DNA of 64,000 nt from Vicugna vicugna. Its lineage: Eukaryota. The position numbers were made by a program, and so were the translations under genes. The stretch spans positions 3,325,502 through 3,389,501 of the forward strand of contig MU058059.1 of assembly GCA_013265495.1 (NCBI GenBank), in the 5' to 3' direction. Shown in pieces: positions 48,936-61,028 of this stretch. The notes under the pieces were generated by a model. The model did no database searches and had not been told where the DNA came from. It saw nothing but the letters and a program-made list of their open reading frames with translations. The first letter of the stretch is position 1. Each line of letters starts with the position of its first letter.

Positions 48936-49783
48936 ATCTTGGCCGAAAGTTTTAAGTATTAAAAACCGGAGAAAGCAACTTTCTATTCTCAAGAACAATC
49001 ACTGTCACTGAATTAGTAACTTAAGTCTTTAGTCCAGTCTGCACTTATCATGTCTGAAAAACATGTCTGTGTTCCTGTCCAGTAAGAAAAGCAAAACAAT
49101 TTGATGTCAGTAACCTAGATTTCACTTTTTCTGTTCTAGCCCTCTTTCAGATAAAGAAAACATGTAAAGAATTTAAGGTTAAAAATAGAAATTAGAAGGG
49201 TATTTAATGGGGAATAATTTTCAAAGTTTGTTCAGATAGTGAACTCACCTGTTGCATGTATGATACAGTTTTTACTTATAAAGAAGTAATTATCCATGAC
49301 TTTTTGGAAGGTGCTTATGTGTAATGAGTTGCATTTTATGTTGTCAGTCTTGTGACTGTTAGAAGAAGCTGCTGGCAGCTCGTGCAGAGCAAGTCTTATG
49401 CTTGAGTTGTAGTTTAATTTTTACCTACCTAGCTTTAAACTAAAAACAAGATTTTTTTTTCCGTGAATGGATTGGCTTATTTGCTTGATGTATCTGTGGT
49501 TGCTCTTTTGTTCTGAGTATTGAGTTTTTCCATTATCACTTAGCTTTGGTTAAATTCATCCCCTGAGAGTAGTTTTTTATATTATCTTCTATACGGAGGA
49601 ACTGTGTGAAGCCTGTGCAGGTGAAAGCTTCATGAGCAGAGGTTTGTCACTGTCGGATTGACTCTTCCCAGATCTCCCGCAGGGGCGAGGGCAGTGGGGA
49701 AGCTGTGTGTTTGATTTTTTTTCTCTTTCATACATTTTCATTTTTTTTCATACTTCTTTTCTTCTGAATTGGAATATTGTAAG

Positions 49784-50133
49784 GAATTAAATCCAAGGTG
49801 GATGAGCTGAAGGCGGCCTATGACAGAGAGGAGCCCCCGAACTTGGAGGAGTACGACGCGAACACGGTGGCCAGTTTGCTGAAGCAGTACCTGCGGGACC
49901 TGCCGGAGAACCTGCTCACCAGGGAGCTGCTGCCGCGCTTCGAGGAGGCCTGTGCGAGGAGCACTGAGGGCGAGAAGGTGCAGGAGTTCCAGCGCCTGCT
50001 GAGGGAGCTGCCCGAGTGTAACCAGCTCCTCATCTCCTGGCTCATCGTGCACATGGACCACGTCATCGCCAAGGAGCTGGAAACCAAGATGAACATCCAG
50101 AACATCTCCATAGTGCTCAGCCCGACTGTCCAG
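49784..50133 (+). CDS. RALBP1: RALBP1 exon 4 (RhoGAP domain)
   Basis: tgtaag|GA ATT AAA...CAG|gtacct; IKSKVDELKAAYDREE...ASLLKQYLRDLPENLLT...KMNIQNISIVLSPTVQ. Confidence 0.96.
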
Positions 50134-50421
50134 GTACCTGGCCCTCCCTGTGCACCTGCTCTCTGGTTGGCCCTGGGGGGCCCGGGGACATTGTCGTTGT
50201 CACAGCCAGAGCAGTGAATGGCAGAAAGCAGACGACGGGTCAGTTTGAACGTCGGTCTCTTTCTTTCCTGCTGTGGACAGTGAGTGCCGACTTGCAGGTC
50301 AGAGCACGTTAGCCTCGTAGCTGGAGCCGCAGAGTCTGGGCGCTGTCCAGGCGCTGAGTCACCATTCCTGATGACGTGACCTGCCATTGGTAGAGGAGGG
50401 GCGACAGTTCACCTGTAGATT

Positions 50422-50567
50422 GATTGATTGATTGATTATTTTTAAAATGTTATGTATTTTGTGGGGGGAGGAAATTAGGTTTGTTTACTTCTAGAGGAGG
50501 TACTGGGGGCCGAACCCGGGATCTCGTGGCTGCTAAGCCTGCGCCCTACACTGAGCTCTGCTCTCCT
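50422..50567 (-). mobile_element. vic-1-like SINE; tail includes a (GATT)n microsatellite
   Basis: aattaggtttgtttac...gaggtactgggggccgaacccggg...ctacactgagct. Confidence 0.75.
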
Positions 50568-50579
50568 CTCTAGAATTTT

Positions 50580-50708
50580 TTTTGAATTGAATAATCAGTT
50601 GACAGTGTTGTGTCAGTTTCTGGTGCACAGCATCACGTTTCAGTCATACATACACATACTCGTTTTTATATTCTTCTTCATTATGTTTCTCAGGTTACTG
50701 AGTATCAT
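50580..50708 (-). mobile_element. Young L1 3' end fragment
   Basis: aattgaataatcagttgacagtgttgtgtcagtttctggtgcacagc. Confidence 0.7.
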
Positions 50709-51724
50709 CTGTAGAATTTTAAAGATTTCAGTTATTTCATCAAATAGCATTACTGCTTAATTATATCACACAGACACGTGGGGCGCAGGCAGAAAGGGCC
50801 TCACGGCGCTTGTCTGCGTGTGGGTTAGCCTGAGGGGGGACTTCAGGGATCAGAGGTTACTTCTTGGCCTTCATTGGTGCTGGTGGAGAGCACGTGCTTT
50901 CCTTTAATTAGTTATTCATGTTTCACTCAGGCCAGAAACAAAGGGCGGAAAAGTGAGACAGTGGTTATGTTTTTTACTTTAAGCCCTCTTTTTGGCCCAT
51001 GTAACGATGACCGATAATAACCTGGTCTAACACCGTTACATATATGAGTGTATTTTCTTTTACTGAAGATTCTTTCATGGCTCATCAATTATATTTTGTA
51101 AGCAAAATGTTCCTCAAATTTCATATTAGTTAGGTTTTCAGAATTTGGTAAACATTACATTCTTACTTGGTATCATGGTCACAGGGATGATGGTATCACA
51201 GAGGTTCAGGGGTGTCGTAAAATTAAGTTTTAGGTAGGAAGTCATTTCTTTTACTGGCTTTTCAGCTAGCCCGGCGCCCGGCATCCTGGTCTCTTGGCAC
51301 CTGAGTGTCGTATTTAAACAAGTGTGTGCCTGGAGGGCGATGCTTTCTCATTCAGCCGCTCTGACGCGTCCATGTTCCTCAGTAGATCCTTGTGTGTGTT
51401 AAGCGTCTCACAATAATTGGAAAGCAAAGAACACGAGATTTTTGAACCTTATTTAATGTCACATAGCGTTCTAGGGCTAAAACGGGACAAACCGATGACC
51501 ATCGACCACTGCGTCCTTTTCTTGGCTTTCCCCCCCAGTTCATAGGCTCGAGCTCGTGACTTAACTCACACTTTCTCCTTCTCTTCTGTAAACCGCCCAC
51601 TGATTAGCAGACGTGTCTAGTCACTACCGGGGATTAAAGGATATGCCCTTAGTCAGGAGGCGCAGGTTAAGTGAAGGGAGACGATGATGCTAACAGTCTC
51701 CTCCCAAATCTCTCTTCTCCTTAG

Positions 51725-51886
51725 ATTAGTAACCGTGTACTGTATGTGTTTTTCACACACGTGCAAGAGCTCTTTGGGAACGTGACGCTGAAGCAGGTGA
51801 CGAAGCCTCTCCGCTGGTCCAACATGGCCACGATGCCCACGCTGCCCGAGGCCCAGGAGAGCATCAAGGAGGAGATCCGGAGGCAG
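51725..51886 (+). CDS. RALBP1: RALBP1 exon 5
   Basis: cttag|ATT...CAG|gtgcgc; ISNRVLYVFFTHVQELFGNV...IKEEIRRQ. Confidence 0.96.
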
Positions 51887-52557
51887 GTGCGCGGCCGCCT
51901 GCGCCAGGGGGCCCGTTCCCCGGGCCCTTCCCGTGTGTTGGGGAACGTGCTGGGGCCCCTTACGAAGGCGATGCCGGGTTCCTGGGAGCAGCCCGGAAGT
52001 GTTAGCTTACCTGGACCGGCAGCGTTGTCGGCACTGTGCTACAGATAATACTGAAATCTGGGGGAGCTACGGAGCTCTGCCAGCTGCTTGCTAAGCTGGA
52101 GACCCTGGATTTGACGGTGTCCTGTGCTTCCCACTCTGCCGCTGGAACAGTGCCATGTGGTTGTGTGTGTGTGTGTCTGCCGAGCTGAGTGAGGAATTCA
52201 AGACTAAGAAATTTACTTACATCTGATCATTTTTACACCTTTTGTTTGGGTACCAGTTTCAGATCCCTGCTTGTTTTTCTGTTCTGAGCTCCCGTTTCCT
52301 ATCAGTTGATGATGGGTTGAGGGAAGGGGGTGAATTAACTACTCCTGAACCAGTGTAAACTGATGGATTAGGACCCCCTGCTCAGGCAGAACAAAAATGA
52401 TTTTTCAGTCGTGTCCTTAAGAAACGGTGCTATCACGTCGTTTCTTTAATGATAAATGCGAGGTAGTTGCTTCTCCGTCTTTAGAAACTGCATGTGGTTT
52501 TATTTTAAGATGGTAAGATGTGGAATGCTATTCAGTGTGTGGTGTACGGTTTTCTAG

Positions 52558-52767
<210 letters not shown>

Positions 52768-53729
52768 TGAGTTACTTTTTAGAAAGTACATTATATAAAT
52801 GTCTTTTGAAGGGAAGTTCGCTCAAGTCCCCAGTCCTGGGTTATTGATCAGCTTGCTATCAGGGAGATGCTTCGTTGAATTTAGAAAGCTGTTTGGTTTA
52901 TTAAAGACTGTTTCACTGAGAGATGTTTTGCCATTTCCTGCTTGGCTGTACCTGTGAGCAGCTTCCCAAGCATGAGCAGCAGTCAGGCGATGATCCACTG
53001 CAGAATCTGAGGCCTCTGAGTGTCCTCTGGAAGCACGCGGAGGCACTGATGACCCGGAGGGACGGTCTTTACCTGGTGATAGGCAGGTGGCATGTGACTG
53101 CCGATGTCCTGGGTCCGCGAACTGGACATTGGTGCCCTGGCCACGGCAAGGCTGAGATCCTGAGTCCCTGGAGCGTCTTACAGCCGCGTGCAGGGTCCAC
53201 GGCAGGATCCAGAGGGCGCGTCTAAGGAGCATGAGTCGGCAGGTGTGAGGGCGTGATGGCTGGGGGGCGCACGTGTGCTCCTGCTACAGGACAGGCAGCC
53301 CACAGGTCTGTTGCTTTGAGGGTGACGATTCACACTTGTGTGGAGATGGAGATGCTTTGTGGGAAGGAAATGCTGCTCAGACCGTTAGCACGTGTGCTAC
53401 AGGACTAGCCGGCGGCCTCTGTGTTTTTCTTTCTTCTTTCCTGCCTACCACGCTATCTTCTGCTTCCAATGTCTGTTTTTAACCAATTAATTTTTCCCTT
53501 CATGATCCAGCCTGGGATCAGGTTTAGTGACTAATCAGCTGGGCCTCCTGGTGTGGTTGCCAGCCATGTGGTGTTGCCCACCAGCCTCTAAATGAAGGGT
53601 CTCTGACCCAGGACAGGGTGCAGGCGGGGGAGTTGACACCAAACCAGAGCCAGTGCAGAAAGGGAGGGCTTATCTCGCCTTCACCAGTTCTACTCCTTCA
53701 CTCACAAAGTGCTCAAGAGGGTCTGTCCA

Positions 53730-56700
53730 GGTGATTTCAACTTTGAGGAGTAAATGATTTTTAAAGATAGAAGTAATACAGTTCATTATGTTAACAGACT
53801 AAAAATAAGAAAACCCACAAGATCATTTGGCAGAATTTGACATTTAACTCCTGATAAAAACTTTCAGTCACCGCCTTCTTAGCATGATAAAGGGCATTTA
53901 CCAAAAACAAAACAAAACAAAACAAAACAAAACAAAAAATATATGGTTTACGTTGCACTTAATGGTGGAAGTCTGAAGGCTTTCCTCTAGGATTGGGTGT
54001 ACAAGCGGAGATTTCTGATCTCACCTCTTCTGTTCAGCACGGATGAGGCCGTTCTAGCCTGTGTGATAAAACAAGGGAAAAAAGGCACACGGATTGGAGA
54101 GAAATCGGTCTTTATAAAGGTGATATAACTGTCTCTATATAAAAGCCTAAGGAATTTATAAAAAATGGGATGTGAGTTTAGCAACATTGTAGTTATACAG
54201 GGTCAGATACACATGTCTATTGTATCTCTGTGTATCAGCAATGAACTATTGATACTGAACCTGAAAAGAAAAAAGACCTAAATAATTCGGTAAATATCTC
54301 AATACTGTTAATATGTTAGGTTTTCCCAAACTGATCTGTGGAGTCAGTTCCAGTCAAAATCTAAACAGGCGATTTTGGTAGAAATTAACAAGCTCTTCTA
54401 AAATCTGTATGGAAACACAAATGTCCTAGAATAGCCTGAACAATTTTGAAAAAGGACAGCTGATATGAGACTTAAAGCTGAAGGAATCGAGACAGGAGGT
54501 ACTGGGTGAGGAAAGAAAGTGCAGAAACAGGCCAGCACATACGTGGGCAGTTAATTTTCTTTTTTTATTGAAGTACAGTCAGTTTATAATGCTGAGTCAG
54601 TTTCTGTTGTACAGCACAGTGCTTCACTGACACATACATTACACGTTTTTCAGACTTTCTCACCGTAAGTTACTACAGGATATTGAATACAGTTCCCTGT
54701 GCTCTACAGCATGAACTTGTTGATCTGCTTTTTTGTATTAGTGTCTGCAAATCTCAAACTCCCAACTTCTCCCTTCCCCCCACCCCTCGGTGACCACAGG
54801 TTTGTTTTCTATGTGAGTCTCTTTCTAAGTAAGTTCGTCTGTCTTTTTTTCTTTTTTAGATTCCTCATGTAAGTGATCTCATGTGGTATTTGTTTCTCTT
54901 TCTGGCTTGCTTCTCTTAGAATGACAATCTCCAGGTCCATCTGTGTTGCTGCAAATGGCATTTTATTAATGGTGGAGTAGCATTCCATTGTATCAGTGTA
55001 CCACAACTTCTTTATCCAGTCACCTGTCGATGGACGTTTAGGTTGTTTCCATGTCTTGGCTACTGTAAGTAGTGCTGCTGTGAACGTTGCGGTGCGTGTA
55101 TCGTTTTGAATGAAGGTTCCTTCTGGATATATGCTCAGGAGTGGGATTGCTGGATAAATGGTAAGTCTGTTTTTAGTTTTTTGAGGCATCTCCATACTGT
55201 TTTCCACAACGGCTGCAGCAAGCTGCATTCCCCCCAGCAGTGTAGAAGGGCTCCCTTTTCTCCACACCCTCCCCAGGATTTATCATTCATGGATTTTGAA
55301 TGATGTCTATTCTGACTGGTGTGAGGTGATACCTCACTGTAGTTTTGATTCGCGGTTCTCTGATAATTAGTGATATTGAGCATTTTTTCATGTGCCTTTG
55401 GCCATGCATATATCGTTGGAGAATTGCTTGTTTAGGTCTTCTGGCCATTTTTGGATTGGGTTGTTTGTTTTTTTTCCTATTAAGTTGTATGAGCTGCTTA
55501 TATATTCTGGCAAATAAGCCCCTGTCAGGCTCATCTTTTGCAAATATTTTCTCGCATTCTGTAGGTTGTCTTTGTTTTGGTTGTGGTTTCCTTTGCTGTG
55601 CAGAAGCTTGTAAGTTTAATCAGGTCCCATTTGTTTATTTTTGCTTTTATTTCTGTTGCTTGAGTAGATGCCCTAGGAGAACGCTGCTGAGATTTATGTC
55701 AGAATGTTTTGCCTGTGTTTTCTTCTGAGAGGTTTACTGTGTCTTACGCTGAAGTCTTTAAGCCACTTTGAGTTTGCCTTTGTGTGTGGTGTGGGCAGGT
55801 AATTTTCAACAAAGATGCCAAGACAGTTGAATAGGGAAGGGTCTTCTTTTCGGCAAATGGTGCTGGAACAACTGGATATCTATGTGCAAAAAAAAAAAGA
55901 GCCTGAGTCCAATAACATATACAAAAATTAGCTCAAAATGAATCATACGTGGAGACCTAAAAAAAAACCTCCAGAAGAAAGCGCCAGAGAAGGTTTTACT
56001 GACTTTGGCTTAAGCAGTGACTTCTTAGTAGGACACAAAACCCATGAACTATATATATAAAAGGAGAATTTGGAAAATTACATTTCATCACAACATACTT
56101 TTCAAACGACACTGTTAAATTAAGATAAACATGCAAACCAGAGGCTGTGACAGTATTTGTAAAAACCACACACCTACCTGATACAGGACTTGGACTGACA
56201 TATATTAAAAAACACAACAGGACAAACCAATTTTTTTCTTCCTATATCTTTAGAGCAGTTTTAAGTTCACAGCAGAATTCAGGGAAAGGTAGAGATTTCC
56301 CACCTACCTTTCCCCCCACGTGCACAGCCTCCCTCATTATCAACACCCTCCAGAGGGTCATTTGTTACAGTAACAACTCAGGCAGACATTTGAGCAGGCC
56401 CTTTACCAAAGGTGACACACAGATGGTGAACAAGCACTGAGAAGGCGCTCAGCAGCGTCAGTCACAACGGAGGTGGCACGAGGACAGCCAAAGTCACACA
56501 TAGCGAGTGTTGACAAGAGCGGAGCAGCCGGACCTTTGGTACCGCTCTTGGTACAGACATTTTGGAAAACAGTTTCTTTTCAAGTTAAGCATAAGGTTCC
56601 CATGTGACCCAGCAGTCCCACCCCAGGTGGTTACCTGACAGAAGAAGGCATACACACACCCAACGCAAGCAGAGCTCACGCCAGGTCTGGTCAGAGTGGC

Positions 56701-57060
56701 TCAGGACTGAGGAGGACCAAGTGCCCGTCCGCTCATGAATGGGTGCACCACTCGACACGTGCACGTCGTGGCGTGTTACTCAGCACACTGCTGACACAAG
56801 CAACAAAATTGATGAATTGCAAAGTTAGCAGTGTGCCAGAGAAAAAAGACTACTGACTGGTTAATTCAGTTTATATGGAACAAAAGGCAGAAACCACAGC
56901 GGAAAGCAGGTTCGTGCTCACCTGGGCCAGCAGCTGGCAGACAAGCCCGGGGCACCGTGTGTGATGACGGAAATGTCCTGAATTGGGGTTGGTGGTGGTT
57001 CCTTGACTGCATACTTTTGTCAAAACTAGTTTACCTGTATGCTTAAAATAAAAAAAAAAA
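53730..57060 (+). mobile_element. Old sense-strand L1 ORF2/3' remnant (53730-54545, 55800-57060) with (AAAAC)n at ~53904-53938 and further nested pieces
   Basis: ORF2-like text: atttgacatt...gataaaaact...ttcaacaaagatgccaagac...aaatggtgctggaacaactggatatc. Confidence 0.75.
54560..55790 (-). mobile_element. 5'-truncated lineage-specific L1 nested in the older L1, 17-bp TSD
   Basis: Minus ORFs with ORF2p C-terminus ([15 protein letters not shown]...TMECYS); gtgggcag(t/g)taattttc at 54543-54559 and 55791-55807. Confidence 0.92.
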
Positions 57061-57324
57061 AATCACAGAAGGTGATTTATGTGGAAGCTTCCAGAAATGG
57101 TGAGATTAATGAGAAATGAACATTTTCCTCACAGTGCAGCCGGACTGAGAGTCACGGGCTACTTTCAAAGCCCAGTTAACAGAGGCCCGTCTGTCCAGAC
57201 GGTTCCTCTGCCTGCGCCTTGGTGCACGTCTAGGAAGGGAGGCGGCGGCGTCCGGAGTGGTGAGGGGTGACTGCAGGATGTGAGCTACACGAGGCTGACC
57301 AGCTCGCTCTCTCTTACCCCACAG

Positions 57325-57432
57325 GAGTGCGAGAGCAAGATTGCACAAGAGATAGCCAGTCTTTCTAAAGAGGACGTTTCCAAAGAAGAAATGAATGAGA
57401 ATGAAGAAGTCATAAATATTCTTCTTGCCCAG
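57325..57432 (+). CDS. RALBP1: RALBP1 exon 7 (coiled coil)
   Basis: cacag|GAG...CAG|gtaagc; ECESKIAQEIASLSKEDVSKEEMNENEEVINILLAQ. Confidence 0.96.
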
Positions 57433-57471
57433 GTAAGCTAAGATTCTTTTTTATTTAAAAATTGTGGGGCT

Positions 57472-57535
57472 TGGGGGTAGAGCTCAGTGGTAGAGTGCAT
57501 GCTCGGTGTGCAGGCGTTCCACCCCCCAGTGCCTC
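57472..57535 (+). mobile_element. Degenerate vic-1-like SINE
   Basis: gggggtagagctcagtggtagagtgcatgctcgg...cccccagtgcctc. Confidence 0.65.
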
Positions 57536-57609
57536 TGTCAAGGAGGGGAAAAGTACAAATGAAAAACATGCATATAAAATAAAACAGTTTATACTTGGGG
57601 TGCACGCCC

Positions 57610-57940
57610 TGATGAACCAGTTTTCCTGCACAGCGAGATGACCGCTGCGCTCAGGCCAGTCAGCGTCGCGCTCCACGCGGGCGCTTTCCGTGCCTCGGTG
57701 CTCCGTGCGGTGCTGCTAACCGGTGTGCAGCACAGGTACGTCCCCTGCCCGCCAGGCCCGGTAACTGCCATTCTGTTCTCTGCTTCTGTGACTTGACTTT
57801 TTTAGACTCCACAAGTGCGGGAGAGCGTGTGGGCACTTGCCTTTCCTGTCTGGCTCAGCTCACTTGGCGTGAGGTCCGCCAGGTCCAGCCATGCTGCCCT
57901 GAACGGCAGGACTGCCTTTCTCGTGGCTGAATGATAATGT
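57610..57940 (-). mobile_element. Old L1 3' UTR remnant, strongly GC-shifted
   Basis: ttctgttctctgcttctgtgacttgacttttttagactccaca...gtctggctcagctcacttggcgt...gtggctgaat. Confidence 0.65.
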
Positions 57941-59460
57941 CGCAAGGCTCCTAATGGTCAGCTTACAGTCTGAGCAGCTCAGCTGCAGGGGGTGTGAATC
58001 TTCTAGCCAGCCTTCTCAGACGGCTTGGAGGTTGCAGAGGGACGGCCTTGCACTTGGCGTTCCCTTCTGTGCTGCATGGCCGCTTCTGCCTGGACACGGT
58101 TCTGGACGCCCCCCTTCTCTCCTTTTCCTTCCCCCAGGGCCGAGTTAGAGGTGTTTTCCTTAAGTTACAATTTAGTTGTGCGTGTTCCGTATTAATGAGA
58201 TTGGACTTACATTTGACAACATCCTTCCTGACGGCACTAAGTTTGAGGCCCTTGAAATGTGATGATGGAGATTTTAGCTGGTGGTGGTTGCTGGTAACAC
58301 CTTTCAGGCATTCTGACTTTATTCTTTGCAGATCAGTCAGTTGTTGGAGGTGAGTTGCTTTACCGCCCACTCGCGGACTTGGCGCACAGCTCTCGAGGGC
58401 CTCCTGTGTTCCTGGCCAGGAGCTGAGGAAGAGCTCCTTTCTTTCTGAATCTCAGTCGGCCTTACTCTGTTCTGGAAATTCCCAGAGTTTAGCCCAAAAG
58501 AAATGAAGTTCTAGGCTCTGACAGCATCGTCTGTGCTTCCAGAAACTCATGTACGTGGGTACCTGGAGCCTTACCAGCCTCAGTCCTTTCCTGTCACTCC
58601 TGAGAAATACATGGTTTTGCTGCCGGGGCCCGAGAACTCCTCTCCCTTGAAGAGAGGCTGGAGGCCCAGACAGGCCTGTGTTTCAGAGTTCTCAGTCTCG
58701 GAACGTGCACTTCTGTAGGTGCACTGAGGGCGCAGAACAGGCATCACGTAGGGAGGACGCCTGCCACGTCCAGGAGGCTCCGAGTAGGTCCCTTCAGAAC
58801 GCGATCACAGCGGCTTTTGAGTTTCATCACAGGCTCTCCTCTGCATCCCTGTTGCTTGGAAAGAAACGCTCTGGACCTTTGCTGCTTCCAGCTCGTTCCT
58901 GTAGCGTCCCCAACTCACCTCCTAGGTTCCGTCTGCTTCGAGTCTTTCTCTCAGTTGGGGGGCGGCTGGATCCCGGACAAGTAGGGATTTTTTCCCTTTA
59001 GGTAATTCCAGTTTAGAAATATGCACACAGTATTTACTGTTGAAGTGTTCTCTCTGGGGACAGGAGGTGAGGACAGTGGCTTGTGGCGAGGAGGGTCTGC
59101 TGCTAGGTGATGCTGACGCCAGCTGCACCTCTCCTGGGCCCTCACATGGGCCCTCCCTTTCCTGCGCGGTGGGGAGGTGCTCAGAAGGGTCTGGAGCAGA
59201 GACAGACGACGACACCTGGACCGCATGTCTGGTGTGCTCGCCTCGGAGGGAGCCTCTGCAGGACGAGGATGGGGAGCTCCCAAGGGGCATTTTGCGTCTT
59301 GAGGAAAACCTGGTCACTCCTCCCAGACCGCTGAGCGCACCTTCTGCTGACGTCAAGTCTCCGGGTGTTTTCGGGTGTGCGGCTCCGCGAGCTTTCCCGG
59401 AACTCGGTGTCGGGCGTCCCCAGACTTGGTCTCAGCCGTGCTTACAAGGGTGCTTTTCAG

Positions 59461-59582
59461 GAGAACGAGATCCTGACCGAGCAGGAGGAGCTCCTCGCCA
59501 TGGAGCAGTTTCTGCGCCGACAGATCGCCTCGGAGAAGGAGGAGATCGAGCGGCTCCGAGCCGAGATCGCCGAGATCCAGAG
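59461..59582 (+). CDS. RALBP1: RALBP1 exon 8
   Basis: tttcag|GAG...CAG AG|gtaacg; ENEILTEQEELLAMEQFLRRQIASEKEEIERLRAEIAEIQ(S). Confidence 0.96.
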
Positions 59583-59675
59583 GTAACGCAGGGCGGCAGG
59601 GTCCCTTGTCAAGAAGAGGGGGTGGCGCCAGCGGGCCAGGGCGCCTGCTGACCCTGGGGTCGCGTCTCCCCGCAG

Positions 59676-59796
59676 CCGGCAGCAGGGCCGCAGCGAGACG
59701 GAGGAGTGCTCCTCGGACAGTGAGAGCGAGAGCGAGGACGAGGACGAGCTGCAGGCCATCCTGGAGGAGCTGCAGAGGCAGAACGAGGAGCTGGAG
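59676..59796 (+). CDS. RALBP1: RALBP1 exon 9 (acidic Ser/Glu tract)
   Basis: ccgcag|C CGG...GAG|gtgagg; RQQGRSETEECSSDSESESEDEDELQAILEELQRQNEELE. Confidence 0.94.
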
Positions 59797-60818
59797 GTGA
59801 GGCGGGCCTGGGGACACCACGGAGAAAGGGGCTTTGGGGCGGGGGGTGGAGCAGCGCGCGGGGGCGGGCGGGCGGGGCTTGTCCTGGCCCTGCGCCTGAG
59901 AGCAGGTGGGAGGGGCCCCAGCCCGACAAAGCCGCTTGAGCAGGACGCCCCTTCTACTCCAGAGGAGATTAAGTAGCGCTGGGTGTCAGGGGCTGTGCCC
60001 GCCGCAGAAAGAGGCCCACGCCCTGAGCAGCAGAGGAAGCTTAATTCCACACACAGGACCCCCCCCAACATCCTCCCACAGAACCGAGCAGAGACGTTGG
60101 CAAGGCCAGCCCCCCACCTGGGCTCCCCCCGTCTTCCTTCCCTTAGCGAGGTCTCACGGTCGCCTCGGCCTCTTGTGTGTTTTTCAAGCATGTTTCAGAC
60201 TGAGTAGGAGAGCATCTTCCAGAATCACAGCCCTGGGGATGGAACAAGGTCGTCCAAACAGGAGAGCCCTCCCCCCAGCAGATGCTCGGGCCTGCTGCCC
60301 TGTGCCCCGGGTTGGTTCCCCCTGGGACCCGGTCCCTCTGGGTCTGGCTCGCTCAGTTTACAGGAAGGGGAAGAGGAGGGTCAGGGCTGAGGGCGGGTGC
60401 GCAGGAAGCAGGGCGGCTGGGAGGAGGGAAGCCAGGGCTGGAGGGGTTTTGTGCTGCCTCGACTGCTGGACAGGTGCAGGCGTTACAAAGCTGCTGGTGG
60501 TTTTCTATCGTCCGAGCAGGTGGCACAGGTCAGGTGTAAGCAGGGCCAGTCCCAGAAGAGGAAGGACATCACTTTTGAGACAGAGCTCAGGTTTTACACT
60601 AATAACACCTGATGTCATTAAAGCCTGTTTTCTGTGGGTGCAGTTTTGTCTCCCAGGGGCGTTTGCTCCTCTGTGATTTAAGCAGTTGGTACCTTGATCC
60701 ATTCTGTGCTCGTGTTTTCTCTCACAACCAGCTGGACCAGAACAAAGGCAGGTTCTTGGGTGGGTGGCTGGCCCCTCTCCACCGTCCTTTCGGTGAGCGC
60801 CACCCTCCTTTCCTCCAG

Positions 60819-61028
60819 ATCAAGAACAATCACCTGAACCAGGCGGTTCACGAGGAGCGCGAGGCCATCATTGAGCTGCGGGTGCAGCTCCGCCTGCTCC
60901 AGATGCAGCGGGCCCGGCCCGAGCCCCCCAGCGACCCCGAGCCTGGCGCCGCCAAGGAGCCGCCCCCGGCGGGCAGGGAGCCAGCCCGGCCGTCGCCCAG
61001 CAGGGACAGGAAGGAGACGCCCATCTGA
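60819..61028 (+). CDS. RALBP1: RALBP1 exon 10, coding part with stop; joined CDS 1878 nt = 625 aa
   Basis: ctccag|ATC; IKNNHLNQAVHEEREAIIELRVQLRLLQMQRA...PSPSRDRKETPI*. Confidence 0.96.
   Translation: MKNNHLNQAVHEEREAIIELRVQLRLLQMQRARPEPPSDPEPGAAKEPPPAGREPARPSPSRDRKETPI

Noticed and set aside
59040..60676. 200-256 aa ORFs overlapping RALBP1 exons 8-9 and introns
   Set aside because: Alternative-frame or antisense shadows in GC-rich sequence; no recognisable product.
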